From a virus (taxonomy: Duplodnaviria; Caudoviricetes), in the IMG/VR virus record IMGVR_UViG_3300012953_000137, positions 1-30,244 of that record: a DNA stretch of 30,244 nt; one strand, written 5' to 3'. A program made the position numbers and the translations under genes. A model generated the notes under the pieces. It saw nothing but the letters and a program-made list of their open reading frames with translations. It did not search any database and was not told the DNA's origin. Each line of letters opens with the position of its first letter. Position 1 is the stretch's first letter. Positions 7,765 through 16,222 of this stretch are shown here, in pieces.

Positions 7765-7960
7765 TTATACTAACGCACTAAGGCGAGTATAATTTTAATC
7801 CCAAAGAAGTGAAGAGTAACAATCTGACTATCTGAGGGTAACATACAAAAGGAGAGTGGTGAAGTTAGATACCAATTGTAAATCATTTATTCCGCTGGTA
7901 TACGGAAACACAAAAGGGTGATGCCTTAATACATCCGTGGGGGGTCACGGTTAACCCCCC
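7765..7960 (+). ncRNA. Candidate structured RNA downstream of the tmRNA
   Basis: ~200 nt with no long ORF, several stems, ending in a GGGGGGT/ACCCCCC hairpin. Confidence 0.4.
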
Positions 7961-7981
7961 AAACTTAAATATGGAGAGATT

Positions 7982-8200
7982 ATGGCGTTAAATACACCCA
8001 AGAAGTTCACTCTAGAAATAGAGAACATCGTTAAAGAGAAATCAATATCTCATATGGAAGCAATTCTCTGGTATTGCGAACAACAAGACATAGAACCAGA
8101 TTCAGTAAAATCATTAGTGACAAAAGGTTTAAAAGAGAAGATCGAAGCAAATGCTAGAGAACTTAACTTTTTACCTAAACAGGCGCAATTACCAATTTAG
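7982..8200 (+). CDS. gp33: Late promoter transcription co-activator gp33
   Basis: F..EIE.IV, AI..YCE...IE, LKEKIEA.A.ELNFLPK; lies upstream of gp59 and gp32 as in T4. Confidence 0.9.
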   Translation: MALNTPKKFTLEIENIVKEKSISHMEAILWYCEQQDIEPDSVKSLVTKGLKEKIEANARELNFLPKQAQLPI

Positions 8201-8205
8201 GAAGG

Positions 8206-8463
8206 TTGATGAATAAATTTTTAGTAGTATTAGTAGTAACAATGTTAGGAGCGTGTTCGCCAGGACACATTGCATCAAACAACAACGGTAAAGCAGAGTA
8301 TGTATGGATAGGTTGTCATGTGGTAACACAGAGTCCTAAACATGGTGCATATGCAATCGGGCCAGGTGGTGATCTTGAAATTGGAGATACCTTCTATTTC
8401 AAACAAGTGGGTCACGATGGTAAAGTTGGTGAAGTGGTAACTGGCAAACCCTGTGAGGATTAA
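8206..8463 (+). CDS. Putative lipoprotein
   Basis: MNKFLVVLVVTMLGA-C lipobox; SD AGGAAGG. Confidence 0.7.
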   Translation: MMNKFLVVLVVTMLGACSPGHIASNNNGKAEYVWIGCHVVTQSPKHGAYAIGPGGDLEIGDTFYFKQVGHDGKVGEVVTGKPCED

Positions 8464-9035
8464 TGGAGCCAATTGACGTATATCTTATGTACTGTGCAAT
8501 GAAGACGCATTTTACTAGAAAAGATTATGACTACCACAAATACGGTGGTAAAACCAAGATTAAAAGAGATTCCTTCTATAAACGTAAGGACAGGTACTTC
8601 TTCACCAAGATAGCAAAGAAGTATGACAAACCAGAAGACTATCTACTCTCAAACTTTATTAGAGACAAAAAGGGTTACATTGCAAATTTCAATGATGAAA
8701 ACTACCAATCATGGAAACTCAAAAGACAGGGGTTCTTTGATTTGTTTACTGTAGAGTTACAGCCCTACATTAAGAATTTAAATCCACTGTTCAAGGTGGA
8801 GAAGAATCAACATCCAACTTTGTTAAAAGAGTTTCTAGGTGGGCGTGTCTCTCTAGAAACTATGATTATATTAGATGAATTGGTAAACTATACCAAGGAG
8901 TGGGATAACAAGTTGGGTGATGATATTGTCTGGAAAGACCTTAATTTTTTTATGAAAAAGTACAAAGGGTTCTTGACAATTGATGCTAAACGGTATAGAA
9001 TAAAACTATTAAATCTTATAGAGGAGTCCAGTTAA
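8463..9035 (+). CDS. gp59: Helicase loader gp59
   Basis: Y.MY.A.K.HF...YDY.KY.GK, F.KRKDRYFF.K, HP.LLK and VSLET.IILD; synteny with gp33 and gp32. Confidence 0.9.
   Translation: MEPIDVYLMYCAMKTHFTRKDYDYHKYGGKTKIKRDSFYKRKDRYFFTKIAKKYDKPEDYLLSNFIRDKKGYIANFNDENYQSWKLKRQGFFDLFTVELQPYIKNLNPLFKVEKNQHPTLLKEFLGGRVSLETMIILDELVNYTKEWDNKLGDDIVWKDLNFFMKKYKGFLTIDAKRYRIKLLNLIEESS
8973..9001 (+). promoter_or_regulatory. Sigma70-like promoter within the 3' end of gp59
   Basis: TTGACA(8973)-17 nt-TAGAAT(8996). Confidence 0.65.
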
Positions 9036-9277
9036 TGGAAGTTACGGTTTATTTGGATAAGGGTGATGCCCTACGTGAAGAAGGGTTCTTTGAATCCAAA
9101 GTTACAGACCTTGAGAATAAGCTCAAGGCACTAAACTTCGACAATGCCGAGTTGGCAAAGTCAAATGAAGAGTTGAGGGATAGAGTTAAGTCCCTTGCAT
9201 CCCGACAACCACAGTGGCCGAAAGGATATCGTCCACGTAGGTATGTCCCAAAAGGGAAGAAACCTAATGGTCAGTGA
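9035..9277 (+). CDS. Hypothetical coiled-coil protein with basic C-terminus
   Basis: SD GAGGAG, TAATG overlap, heptad pattern. Confidence 0.7.
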   Translation: MEVTVYLDKGDALREEGFFESKVTDLENKLKALNFDNAELAKSNEELRDRVKSLASRQPQWPKGYRPRRYVPKGKKPNGQ

Positions 9278-9932
9278 TATGACTGTAACGCTGGTAGATC
9301 ACATGGGGAGTGATCTATCAGTGGTTAATGCTGCTAGGGTATCTTTCTCTAAGACCTCTCAATGGGAGACAATTCCAGAGGCAGGGCCTACGCCAGGACT
9401 TCTTAAAAATGGAGATGAGAAACTTATTAACTTTCTCGCAAAACATGACCACTGGAGTCCCTTTGGTCATGCATCCCTACAATTCCATATCAAGGCACCA
9501 GTATTTGTTGCTCGACAACTGGTAAAACACCAAGTCGGTTTGGTGTGGAATGAAGTATCAAGACGATACGTTGACTATGAACCAGAGTTCTATGAACCTA
9601 CTGAATGGCGACTTGCTGCAGAGGACAAGAAACAAGGTTCATCAGATGAAACTGTGGAGTACGATATTTCGTATCTCCATGAAAAGTGCAGTGAAGTTTA
9701 CGAGTATATGTTAAACGATGGTATTGCACCAGAAATGGCCAGAATGGTCTTACCACAATCTATGATGACAGAATGGTATTGGAGTGGAACACTCTATGCA
9801 TTTGCTCGTGTATGTAACCTACGATGCAAACCTGATGCTCAAGTTGAAACCCAAATGGTTGCAAATCAAATAGATAAACTTGCGGAAGAGAAGTTTCCGT
9901 ATTCGTGGGAGGCGTTAAGAGATGGGAAATAG
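9267..9932 (+). CDS. thyX: Flavin-dependent thymidylate synthase
   Basis: VVNAARVS, HWSPF.H, ARQLVKH..G..WNEVSRRY, PEMARMVLPQ and R....AQ.E motifs; start probably 9267 or 9279. Confidence 0.95.
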   Translation: MVSDMTVTLVDHMGSDLSVVNAARVSFSKTSQWETIPEAGPTPGLLKNGDEKLINFLAKHDHWSPFGHASLQFHIKAPVFVARQLVKHQVGLVWNEVSRRYVDYEPEFYEPTEWRLAAEDKKQGSSDETVEYDISYLHEKCSEVYEYMLNDGIAPEMARMVLPQSMMTEWYWSGTLYAFARVCNLRCKPDAQVETQMVANQIDKLAEEKFPYSWEALRDGK

Positions 9933-10110
9933 GGATGTATATTCTAATGAATGGAACATAGCAACAGTTGATAGGATTGTTATGTTGATGGAAGAGATTG
10001 CCGTGCTGGAGAATAAGTTTGAGGAAAACTCTGGTATGGGTAATATCAATACTGCCATTGGCGTATTGAAACAACGTGTGCTTGAATTGAAAGGAAGAAT
10101 TCATGGTTAA
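9922..10110 (+). CDS. Hypothetical protein
   Basis: 62-aa helical ORF with SD GGAGG. Confidence 0.65.
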   Translation: MGNRDVYSNEWNIATVDRIVMLMEEIAVLENKFEENSGMGNINTAIGVLKQRVLELKGRIHG

Positions 10111-10420
10111 GACCTTTATGTTATTGCTTGCCTTCACGATTACTGATCCTGATGGTTTTGAAAGAGATGAGAAGGTTCATATATTATCAAGACATTTTGA
10201 TACACAAAATGAGTGTGTCGAATTTGTTAATGATTGGAGCGGTACTATTAAGTCGAGAGGCTTGGGTACGGTAAGGGGTATGATGGCTGATGGATGGGAA
10301 GTTGATATCGCAGAAATCGGATGTGCCGTTAACCCTACCCAAGCAATTGAGAAAGTTACCATTGCAAAATTTGTTGATGGTGAGAATGTGTTATCTACCC
10401 AAATGCATGAGAATGAGTGA
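10103..10420 (+). CDS. Small protein with hydrophobic N-terminus and Cys pair
   Basis: 105 aa; FDTQNEC and a later GC; overlaps neighbours. Confidence 0.6.
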   Translation: MVKTFMLLLAFTITDPDGFERDEKVHILSRHFDTQNECVEFVNDWSGTIKSRGLGTVRGMMADGWEVDIAEIGCAVNPTQAIEKVTIAKFVDGENVLSTQMHENE

Positions 10421-11295
10421 TGCTTGATATCCCATATCCAAAACCTGTCAACCCTAACCCTATGATAAACTTACATGATGCAATGACCAAAGCAGTTGTA
10501 TTTGGTAATGGTGAATCTAGGAGATGGGTTGACACAGCGTTATGGAATATTGATGCTCAGACATGGGGATGTAATGCAATCTATCGTGATATGTGGGTAG
10601 ACAACCTAGTGTCTGTAGACTATGCAATGCAACAAGAAATCTATAGTGAAGACCTATGCCAAGACACAATGCAATTACATTTTGCAAATTGGAGTCCTGT
10701 TCCTGCTGAGATAGCAGACATGATGTTTATGGGATATGATATTCCAGAGGCGTTCATACACAAAACAGAAAGGGCTGGTCATCACACAGAACAGTGTGTC
10801 ATATCTGGTAAAGACCCTGTTACGTTACATGAGAATGTTGAGGCTGCAATAAGTATGCATCCCGATTTAGACATGAAAGACCTTTCCATGAAGATGGAAA
10901 AGGACATTGGTATTTGGATTACATATGTCAAAGATAATGACGGTGTAAAATCTATAGACTATCCTGTAGGATGGTCAGCTGGGAATACTGCACTACATCT
11001 TGCTTGTCAAGAAGGTGTAGAGGAAGTATATTTGTTAGGATTTGATTTGTCTTCATATGATGAACCTCTGAATAACATATATAAAGGGACAGATAATTAT
11101 CTGCCAAGTGATGCAAAAGGTTTCAATTCAGTTAATTGGTTGAACCAGATGCATACTGTCTTTACAGAGTACAAAAACACCACCTTTTGTTGGGTAGACC
11201 CTATCCATCGTAAAGGTGAAATATTTGATAGAGATTATTATAATATAAGGTACTTGACAAAAGAACAGTTTTGTGATACATTTAACATACTTTAA
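10417..11295 (+). CDS. Maf/DUF115/GT42-like nucleotide-sugar-utilising protein
   Basis: VFGNGESR, WGCNA, VSVD, GWSAG..AL.LA and EVYLLGFD motifs; exact activity unknown. Confidence 0.6.
   Translation: MMLDIPYPKPVNPNPMINLHDAMTKAVVFGNGESRRWVDTALWNIDAQTWGCNAIYRDMWVDNLVSVDYAMQQEIYSEDLCQDTMQLHFANWSPVPAEIADMMFMGYDIPEAFIHKTERAGHHTEQCVISGKDPVTLHENVEAAISMHPDLDMKDLSMKMEKDIGIWITYVKDNDGVKSIDYPVGWSAGNTALHLACQEGVEEVYLLGFDLSSYDEPLNNIYKGTDNYLPSDAKGFNSVNWLNQMHTVFTEYKNTTFCWVDPIHRKGEIFDRDYYNIRYLTKEQFCDTFNIL
11254..11282 (+). promoter_or_regulatory. Sigma70-like promoter for gp32
   Basis: TTGACA(11254)-17 nt-TACATT(11277) with extended -10 TG. Confidence 0.7.
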
Positions 11296-11331
11296 ACATA
11301 CGAAACATATATTAACATAAGGAGAATAGAT

Positions 11332-12225
11332 ATGTCGTTAGAAGCGCTTAAGAAGCAAAACTCTTTGGATAAACTGCTTGGTGCAGTTGAAACCGAAAAC
11401 AAACCCCAAGAAAAGAAGTCCTACGTTGATGAACGTCTGTGGAAACCAGAGGTAGATAAGTCTGGTAATGGTTATGCAGTCATTCGTTTTCTACCAGCGG
11501 TTAAGGGAGAAGACCTTCCTTGGGCAAAGGTCTGGAACCATGCGTTTCAAGGCCCCACTGGTCAGTGGTACATTGAGAACTCTCTCACTACTATTGGACA
11601 GAACGATCCTGTATCAGAAATGAACAGTGCGTATTGGAACTCTGGTGTTGAGAGTGATAAAGAGATCGCTCGTAAACAGAAGAGGAAGTTGCAATACTTC
11701 GCTAACATCTATGTTGTCAGTGATCCAAAACATCCAGAGAATGAAGGTAAAGTAATGCTTTATCGCTTTGGTAAGAAAATCTTCGATAAGTGTATGGAAG
11801 CAATGCAGCCTGCATTTGAAGATGAATCCCCAATCAATCCGTTTGATTTTTGGGAAGGTGCGAACTTCAAGTTGAAGATTCGTAAGGTTGATGGTTACTG
11901 GAACTATGACAAGTCAGAGTTTGCAGCACCATCTGCATTGTTAGATAATGACGATGCACTTGAGAAGTTGTGGGCAAGTCAGTACTCTCTTGAAGAGTTT
12001 ACTTCTTCTACAAACTTCAAATCATATGATGAACTTAAAACTCGTCTGGATACGGTACTTGCTGGTACTACTACTGTTGGTAATGTTACTAGTGTGATGG
12101 AAGATGAACCTACAGCTACCGTTACTGTTGATACAAAGGAGTCTCCTGCTCCTACTGTAGAAGTCAAACAAGATGAAGAAGATGATTCGATAGATTATTT
12201 TCAAAAACTTGCTGATGAGGGTTAA
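11332..12225 (+). CDS. gp32: Single-stranded DNA-binding protein gp32
   Basis: D.RLWK...DKSGNGYAVIRFLP, H.FQGP.G.WYIEN, YRFGKKIFDK, GANFKLK and NYDKSEF motifs; acidic tail. Confidence 0.97.
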   Translation: MSLEALKKQNSLDKLLGAVETENKPQEKKSYVDERLWKPEVDKSGNGYAVIRFLPAVKGEDLPWAKVWNHAFQGPTGQWYIENSLTTIGQNDPVSEMNSAYWNSGVESDKEIARKQKRKLQYFANIYVVSDPKHPENEGKVMLYRFGKKIFDKCMEAMQPAFEDESPINPFDFWEGANFKLKIRKVDGYWNYDKSEFAAPSALLDNDDALEKLWASQYSLEEFTSSTNFKSYDELKTRLDTVLAGTTTVGNVTSVMEDEPTATVTVDTKESPAPTVEVKQDEEDDSIDYFQKLADEG

Positions 12226-12227
12226 GG

Positions 12228-12256
12228 AAAAGGGGAACTTCGGTTCCCCTTTTTTT
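12228..12256. terminator. Bidirectional intrinsic terminator
   Basis: AAAAGGGGAAC-TTCG-GTTCCCCTTTTTTT between convergent genes; cUUCGg tetraloop. Confidence 0.92.
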
Positions 12257-14159
12257 ACCAAGGCCCAGCGTATGCTGGTACGTTTCTAGTAGGCATTTGG
12301 TGTATCGGATGAGCAGAAGTTTCTGTTCTACTATTATCCGAAACATTATTAATAACTTGCGTACCACCATTTTGTTGTTGAGCAGCTGCATCCTTCTGCA
12401 TATTCTGTAACTCACCATTGAACGCTTTAATAGATTCAATAAATTCTGTTAGTCCTTTATCTGCTTCTTGCATGGATTTAAATGTGTCTTTTTGACTGAT
12501 AAAGAAATCTCTACCTCTAGACCTTGCAACACTTGACATACTCTCACCTTCAACTACCTTACCAGGCAAAAACTTGGATGCTAATGCTGCTTGTTCTTTA
12601 GTTAACCTCTGATTACCAAATGTTCTCTTCGCCCAATTTTGATAAGTATCGTTTACCATCGTTGGTTTACCATCTCTACCCAATATTGGGTTACCACGAT
12701 GATCTGTATATGCGACCTTTTTGTTTCTATCAAACATGTTACCTTCACTAAGACCAAACATCTCTCTGAACTTAGCACGTTCTGCCATCGTCTTTTGTAG
12801 TGATGCTTGTTCACCTTGTAGTTTAGGTAGCATATCTTTGTTTTTTTCCAATTCTCTCATGAGAATTGCAACATCAATACCAGCACTCGCCGCTGTTCCT
12901 GCTCCAGGCACTAGTGATGCACCACCAGATGCCAATTCTAAAAGCGCACCAGTTGTGTCACCTTCCATCAATTTTCCAACAGCAAACGCACCACCCGCTA
13001 ACAAACCAAAGCCAGGTATCTTCTTCAACAAACTCTTTCCTGCTGCTCGTGCCGCCATTGCTTTCATAAGTTTGTTAGTCGGTTTTAGAGTTGCTTTTAC
13101 AGCAGGCGACTTTCCTAAGTTCTTTGCCATCTGGAACTTTGGATTGACTTTTCCTTTATCAGTAAACTCTCTTACGATATTCCCATCCTTAGACATTATT
13201 GCTTTACCTAATTTTGGGTCTGCTTTAGTTGCGGCCTTGAGTGTTTTTGCTGTTGCCTTATTGAGACTAGGTTTCATGAAACCCAAAAAGGAACCGATAC
13301 CCTTAACTGCTGACCAAAGTAGTTTAAATCCTTTCCATATTCCTTTAATTGCAAACAGAATACCACCAGCAAGTAATGCCTTTGGTAACACAAGTGCTGC
13401 AACAATACCAACAATTGCGAGTTCTAAACCACTAAAGTTTTTCCACATATCTGCAAGGCCACCCAGAATACCTTTTTCTTTAAAGGATGAGAATGTGTTT
13501 GATATTCTCGCAAACAATCCTTGACCATCATTTTTTCCATCTTCAGTTGTACCACCCATAAAGTAAGTGTATATACCACCAAGTATGTTTTTAAATCCAG
13601 CAATTAACCCATCTAACTTTTTCATCATTTTTTTGAAATCAAAATTCTTTATTTTCTCTTTTATATTTTCCCACTCCTCACTCTCAAGGAAATTGTACAA
13701 CATCAACAAACCAGTTGCAATGAAAAATGCTTTGAGTCCAAACTTTGCTTTACTCGCAATACTACCTAAGAAACCCTTAGTGAACTTAGAAATGTTTGCA
13801 GCCATACCCTTCATTAAAGCACCACTTCTACTGCTCATTATCGCTTCTTTTCTTTTTGCAAAGGACTCTGCTGCATCAGTTCTCATTTGACCCATACGAT
13901 CTTTTGCATTTGCTAGGTTCATACCTTGCATAGACTTCTGTATTCTCTCAAGGAAAGATGATTGTTTCTCTTCAGTCTCTTTCACTTTCGGGTCTGGTTT
14001 TGAGGTGTTAAGAATAGTATCTTTAAGTTGTGTCTGACCTTCTTCGGTTGCGCCACCAGATGAAGCAACAGTCTGTTCAAGTTTTGCAATTGCATTACTT
14101 AATACATTAGTTGATTCTTTCTGTGCGTCTACTATTTGCTTAGTTGGTTCATCTGCCAT
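12255..14159 (-). CDS. Tail tape-measure / gp29-like baseplate hub protein
   Basis: 634 aa, helical, Gly/Ala/Lys-rich with hydrophobic segments and a KKIPG.GLLAGG block; lies downstream of gp26/gp51. Confidence 0.6.
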   Translation of the reverse strand: MADEPTKQIVDAQKESTNVLSNAIAKLEQTVASSGGATEEGQTQLKDTILNTSKPDPKVKETEEKQSSFLERIQKSMQGMNLANAKDRMGQMRTDAAESFAKRKEAIMSSRSGALMKGMAANISKFTKGFLGSIASKAKFGLKAFFIATGLLMLYNFLESEEWENIKEKIKNFDFKKMMKKLDGLIAGFKNILGGIYTYFMGGTTEDGKNDGQGLFARISNTFSSFKEKGILGGLADMWKNFSGLELAIVGIVAALVLPKALLAGGILFAIKGIWKGFKLLWSAVKGIGSFLGFMKPSLNKATAKTLKAATKADPKLGKAIMSKDGNIVREFTDKGKVNPKFQMAKNLGKSPAVKATLKPTNKLMKAMAARAAGKSLLKKIPGFGLLAGGAFAVGKLMEGDTTGALLELASGGASLVPGAGTAASAGIDVAILMRELEKNKDMLPKLQGEQASLQKTMAERAKFREMFGLSEGNMFDRNKKVAYTDHRGNPILGRDGKPTMVNDTYQNWAKRTFGNQRLTKEQAALASKFLPGKVVEGESMSSVARSRGRDFFISQKDTFKSMQEADKGLTEFIESIKAFNGELQNMQKDAAAQQQNGGTQVINNVSDNSRTETSAHPIHQMPTRNVPAYAGPW

Positions 14160-14167
14160 GTGTATTC

Positions 14168-14539
14168 CTATTTTTTAGGTGGGGTGCCTTTGTCCTTACT
14201 CTTAGCATATGCTTCCTTACCGTAGAAGGCAGCGACAATCGCTGCAACAGATACGAAATAGGTTGCTGCCATATCTCCCAATACCTTACCCGCTTGATCT
14301 AAATTAATAAGATATGCTAACACAACTAAAGAAGGATATAGTAACATCCCTGCTAATGCAAACCATGCCATATTACGTTGTGCATCTTCTTTCTTATCCT
14401 CATTTTCAATATCTGACTTCATATCTTGAAGTCGTAACATTCTCTCATCCAATTCAAGCTCCTCATCAGTAACAATACCATCGCCATCTATATCAAGGTG
14501 TGCATATTCACTATCTTTTTGTAGTTTCTTCTGTACCAT
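14168..14539 (-). CDS. Two-TM membrane protein with EF-hand-like loop
   Basis: DIDGDGIVTDEE loop, two hydrophobic segments, basic C-terminus; late-promoter-like CTAAATA at 14561-14567 (minus strand). Confidence 0.7.
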   Translation of the reverse strand: MVQKKLQKDSEYAHLDIDGDGIVTDEELELDERMLRLQDMKSDIENEDKKEDAQRNMAWFALAGMLLYPSLVVLAYLINLDQAGKVLGDMAATYFVSVAAIVAAFYGKEAYAKSKDKGTPPKK

Positions 14540-14555
14540 AGATACGATCCTTTTT

Positions 14556-14759
14556 TTATCTATTTAGTTTTCTTTGTTCCTCTTTTTGCTTCTCATTCTC
14601 TTCTTTTATGTGATTAACTAGCATTCCTACGTAAATTTCCCTCTCCCACGGTAACATATTCTCTAACTCTTCTAAGTTCCAATTATGATGTTGTTTCATC
14701 GCAAAGTTTGTCTCGTAATAGTTACTCAACGTATCATGTGAGAGGGCTATACGAAAAAA
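14556..14759 (-). CDS. gp51: Baseplate hub assembly protein gp51 domain (not in ORF track; first ATG at 14699)
   Basis: -1 frame of gp26 reads FFRIALSHDTLSNYYETNFAMKQHHNWNLEELENMLPWEREIYVGMLVNHIKEEN...; NYY..NF, E.ENM.PWER.IY motifs of gp51. Confidence 0.85.
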   Translation of the reverse strand, partial: FFRIALSHDTLSNYYETNFAMKQHHNWNLEELENMLPWEREIYVGMLVNHIKEENEKQKEEQRKLNR

Positions 14760-15448
14760 CTTTGAAAACCCTCCAATACAACCTTACCTGTTTTACCAGT
14801 GTTGGGGTTTTTAACTGATACTTCGTGTGTTAACTTAGGCATACTCTCAAAGAAATGTGTTATATCTTCTAAGTTAATAGTAGTCATTGATCCAATAAAC
14901 TCTTCCATTTCTTCTTTAGATATGTCAACGTCTTGGTGTACGGTTTCTCCCTCAACCACCTGATAAATGTTGTTTCCAATCATGTCAAACAGTGCTTGTG
15001 TTTCTGAATCAGACACAATAGAAACGTCTTTCAATGTGGGATATTTCATAACAAGTTTAACACCTTTTGCGATATCTATCTCATTAGTGTGTCCAGCATG
15101 CATTGTACATTCAATCTTTGATAAGTCAATTTTTTTCTGCACAACAGTCTCACCATCATCTGGACAAGTGATACCTAACTCAACGGTTTCTCCCACTGAT
15201 TTTGATCTCACCTTCAAGAAGATATATTCTACATCAAATGCAGGCATCCCCCATGAGTCGAATTTATTAAATGTGCAATCTTCTATACACTTTGCAATTG
15301 CATTTTGAATTTCTTTTTCATTGTCAGACTCTTGTGCGAGCATAAGATTCTTTTGTTCTGACATTAGGAAAGGTCTGTATTCTATTTCCTCTCCAGAAGA
15401 CGGTAAGTTTAATGTATACGTCACCGCATTTAGTTTAGGTAAAGCCAT
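14747..15448 (-). CDS. gp26: Baseplate hub subunit/chaperone gp26
   Basis: MALPKL...Y.L.LPS.G..I.YRPFL..E.K.L, FD.EYIFL..R.KSVGE, CPDD.ET, FF..MPKL and C-terminal LEG..SFF. Confidence 0.92.
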   Translation of the reverse strand: MALPKLNAVTYTLNLPSSGEEIEYRPFLMSEQKNLMLAQESDNEKEIQNAIAKCIEDCTFNKFDSWGMPAFDVEYIFLKVRSKSVGETVELGITCPDDGETVVQKKIDLSKIECTMHAGHTNEIDIAKGVKLVMKYPTLKDVSIVSDSETQALFDMIGNNIYQVVEGETVHQDVDISKEEMEEFIGSMTTINLEDITHFFESMPKLTHEVSVKNPNTGKTGKVVLEGFQSFFV

Positions 15449-15466
15449 AATATTTCATCCTTTATG

Positions 15467-16222
15467 TTATAAATTTAGTATTCTTGGAACATTCCTAGAT
15501 ATATTTCTAGAAACATGATCAACAGCGGTTTCTGCAAGATTACCAATGATGCTACCGCCCGGCATTCTTTCCTTATCTGCAACTGTCCAGTATCTAAACT
15601 GGAATGTTACAGGTAGGAGTATGATTTCGTTTTGACTTGCGTAAGTCAGATCATTACCTCCAATAGTTTTGGGATATGCTTCCCAACACTTCAATCCATA
15701 CCTTCTTTTATCGTTTTTGTCAAGTATGAAAACAGATATAGAACCAACGTAGTCATTGTAATAACTCATGTTCCATGTATCCTCATTGAACATTGCGTTT
15801 TGCCAGTTCTCGAAAAACTTTCTCTCTTCTAGTCCAGAACTTGCTTGGAACTGTAGGTTCAAGTCTTCTGCATAGTTGATACCACTTGCAACTCTACGGA
15901 CAGGCCCGTATATGTTTACATCATCTACGGTTTCTATATTTCTACCAGGCAGGGTTACTTGTGCTGCTCTCAACTGTATACTTCTTAGTCCACCACCTTT
16001 ACCACCTTGTGCAAGTCCCGATATTGCAGAGGGTAACAATGATGCAAATGCAGCAGTGAGTGAGTTGGGATTTCCCGATGAACCACCACCTGATTGTATA
16101 ATTTTCGGTAATCCAATTTCTATCTCATATCTATTGGGTTGTGCATAACCATCTTCTGATCGTAAAGCTCCCAATACATCATTCAATAGACCATAACCAA
16201 GTCCTTCAAAACTTGATATCAT
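15467..16222 (-). CDS. Tail-tube-fold baseplate protein (gp54-like tube initiator)
   Basis: A.PNRYE, V.LPGR, E.KFFE.WQ, YY.DY, AYP.TI and VTF.FRYW motifs; between gp2 and gp26. Confidence 0.7.
   Translation of the reverse strand: MISSFEGLGYGLLNDVLGALRSEDGYAQPNRYEIEIGLPKIIQSGGGSSGNPNSLTAAFASLLPSAISGLAQGGKGGGLRSIQLRAAQVTLPGRNIETVDDVNIYGPVRRVASGINYAEDLNLQFQASSGLEERKFFENWQNAMFNEDTWNMSYYNDYVGSISVFILDKNDKRRYGLKCWEAYPKTIGGNDLTYASQNEIILLPVTFQFRYWTVADKERMPGGSIIGNLAETAVDHVSRNISRNVPRILNL

Noticed and set aside
7856-7921. 21-codon GTG-start ORF after AGGAG
   Set aside because: Very short, no motif and embedded in predicted stems; unsupported without conservation data.
12721-13890. Long plus-strand ORFs (267 and 107 aa) opposite the tape-measure-like gene
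   Set aside because: Antisense shadows of a Gly/Ala/Lys-rich gene with no SD or motifs; the same applies to the other antisense ORFs in the track.
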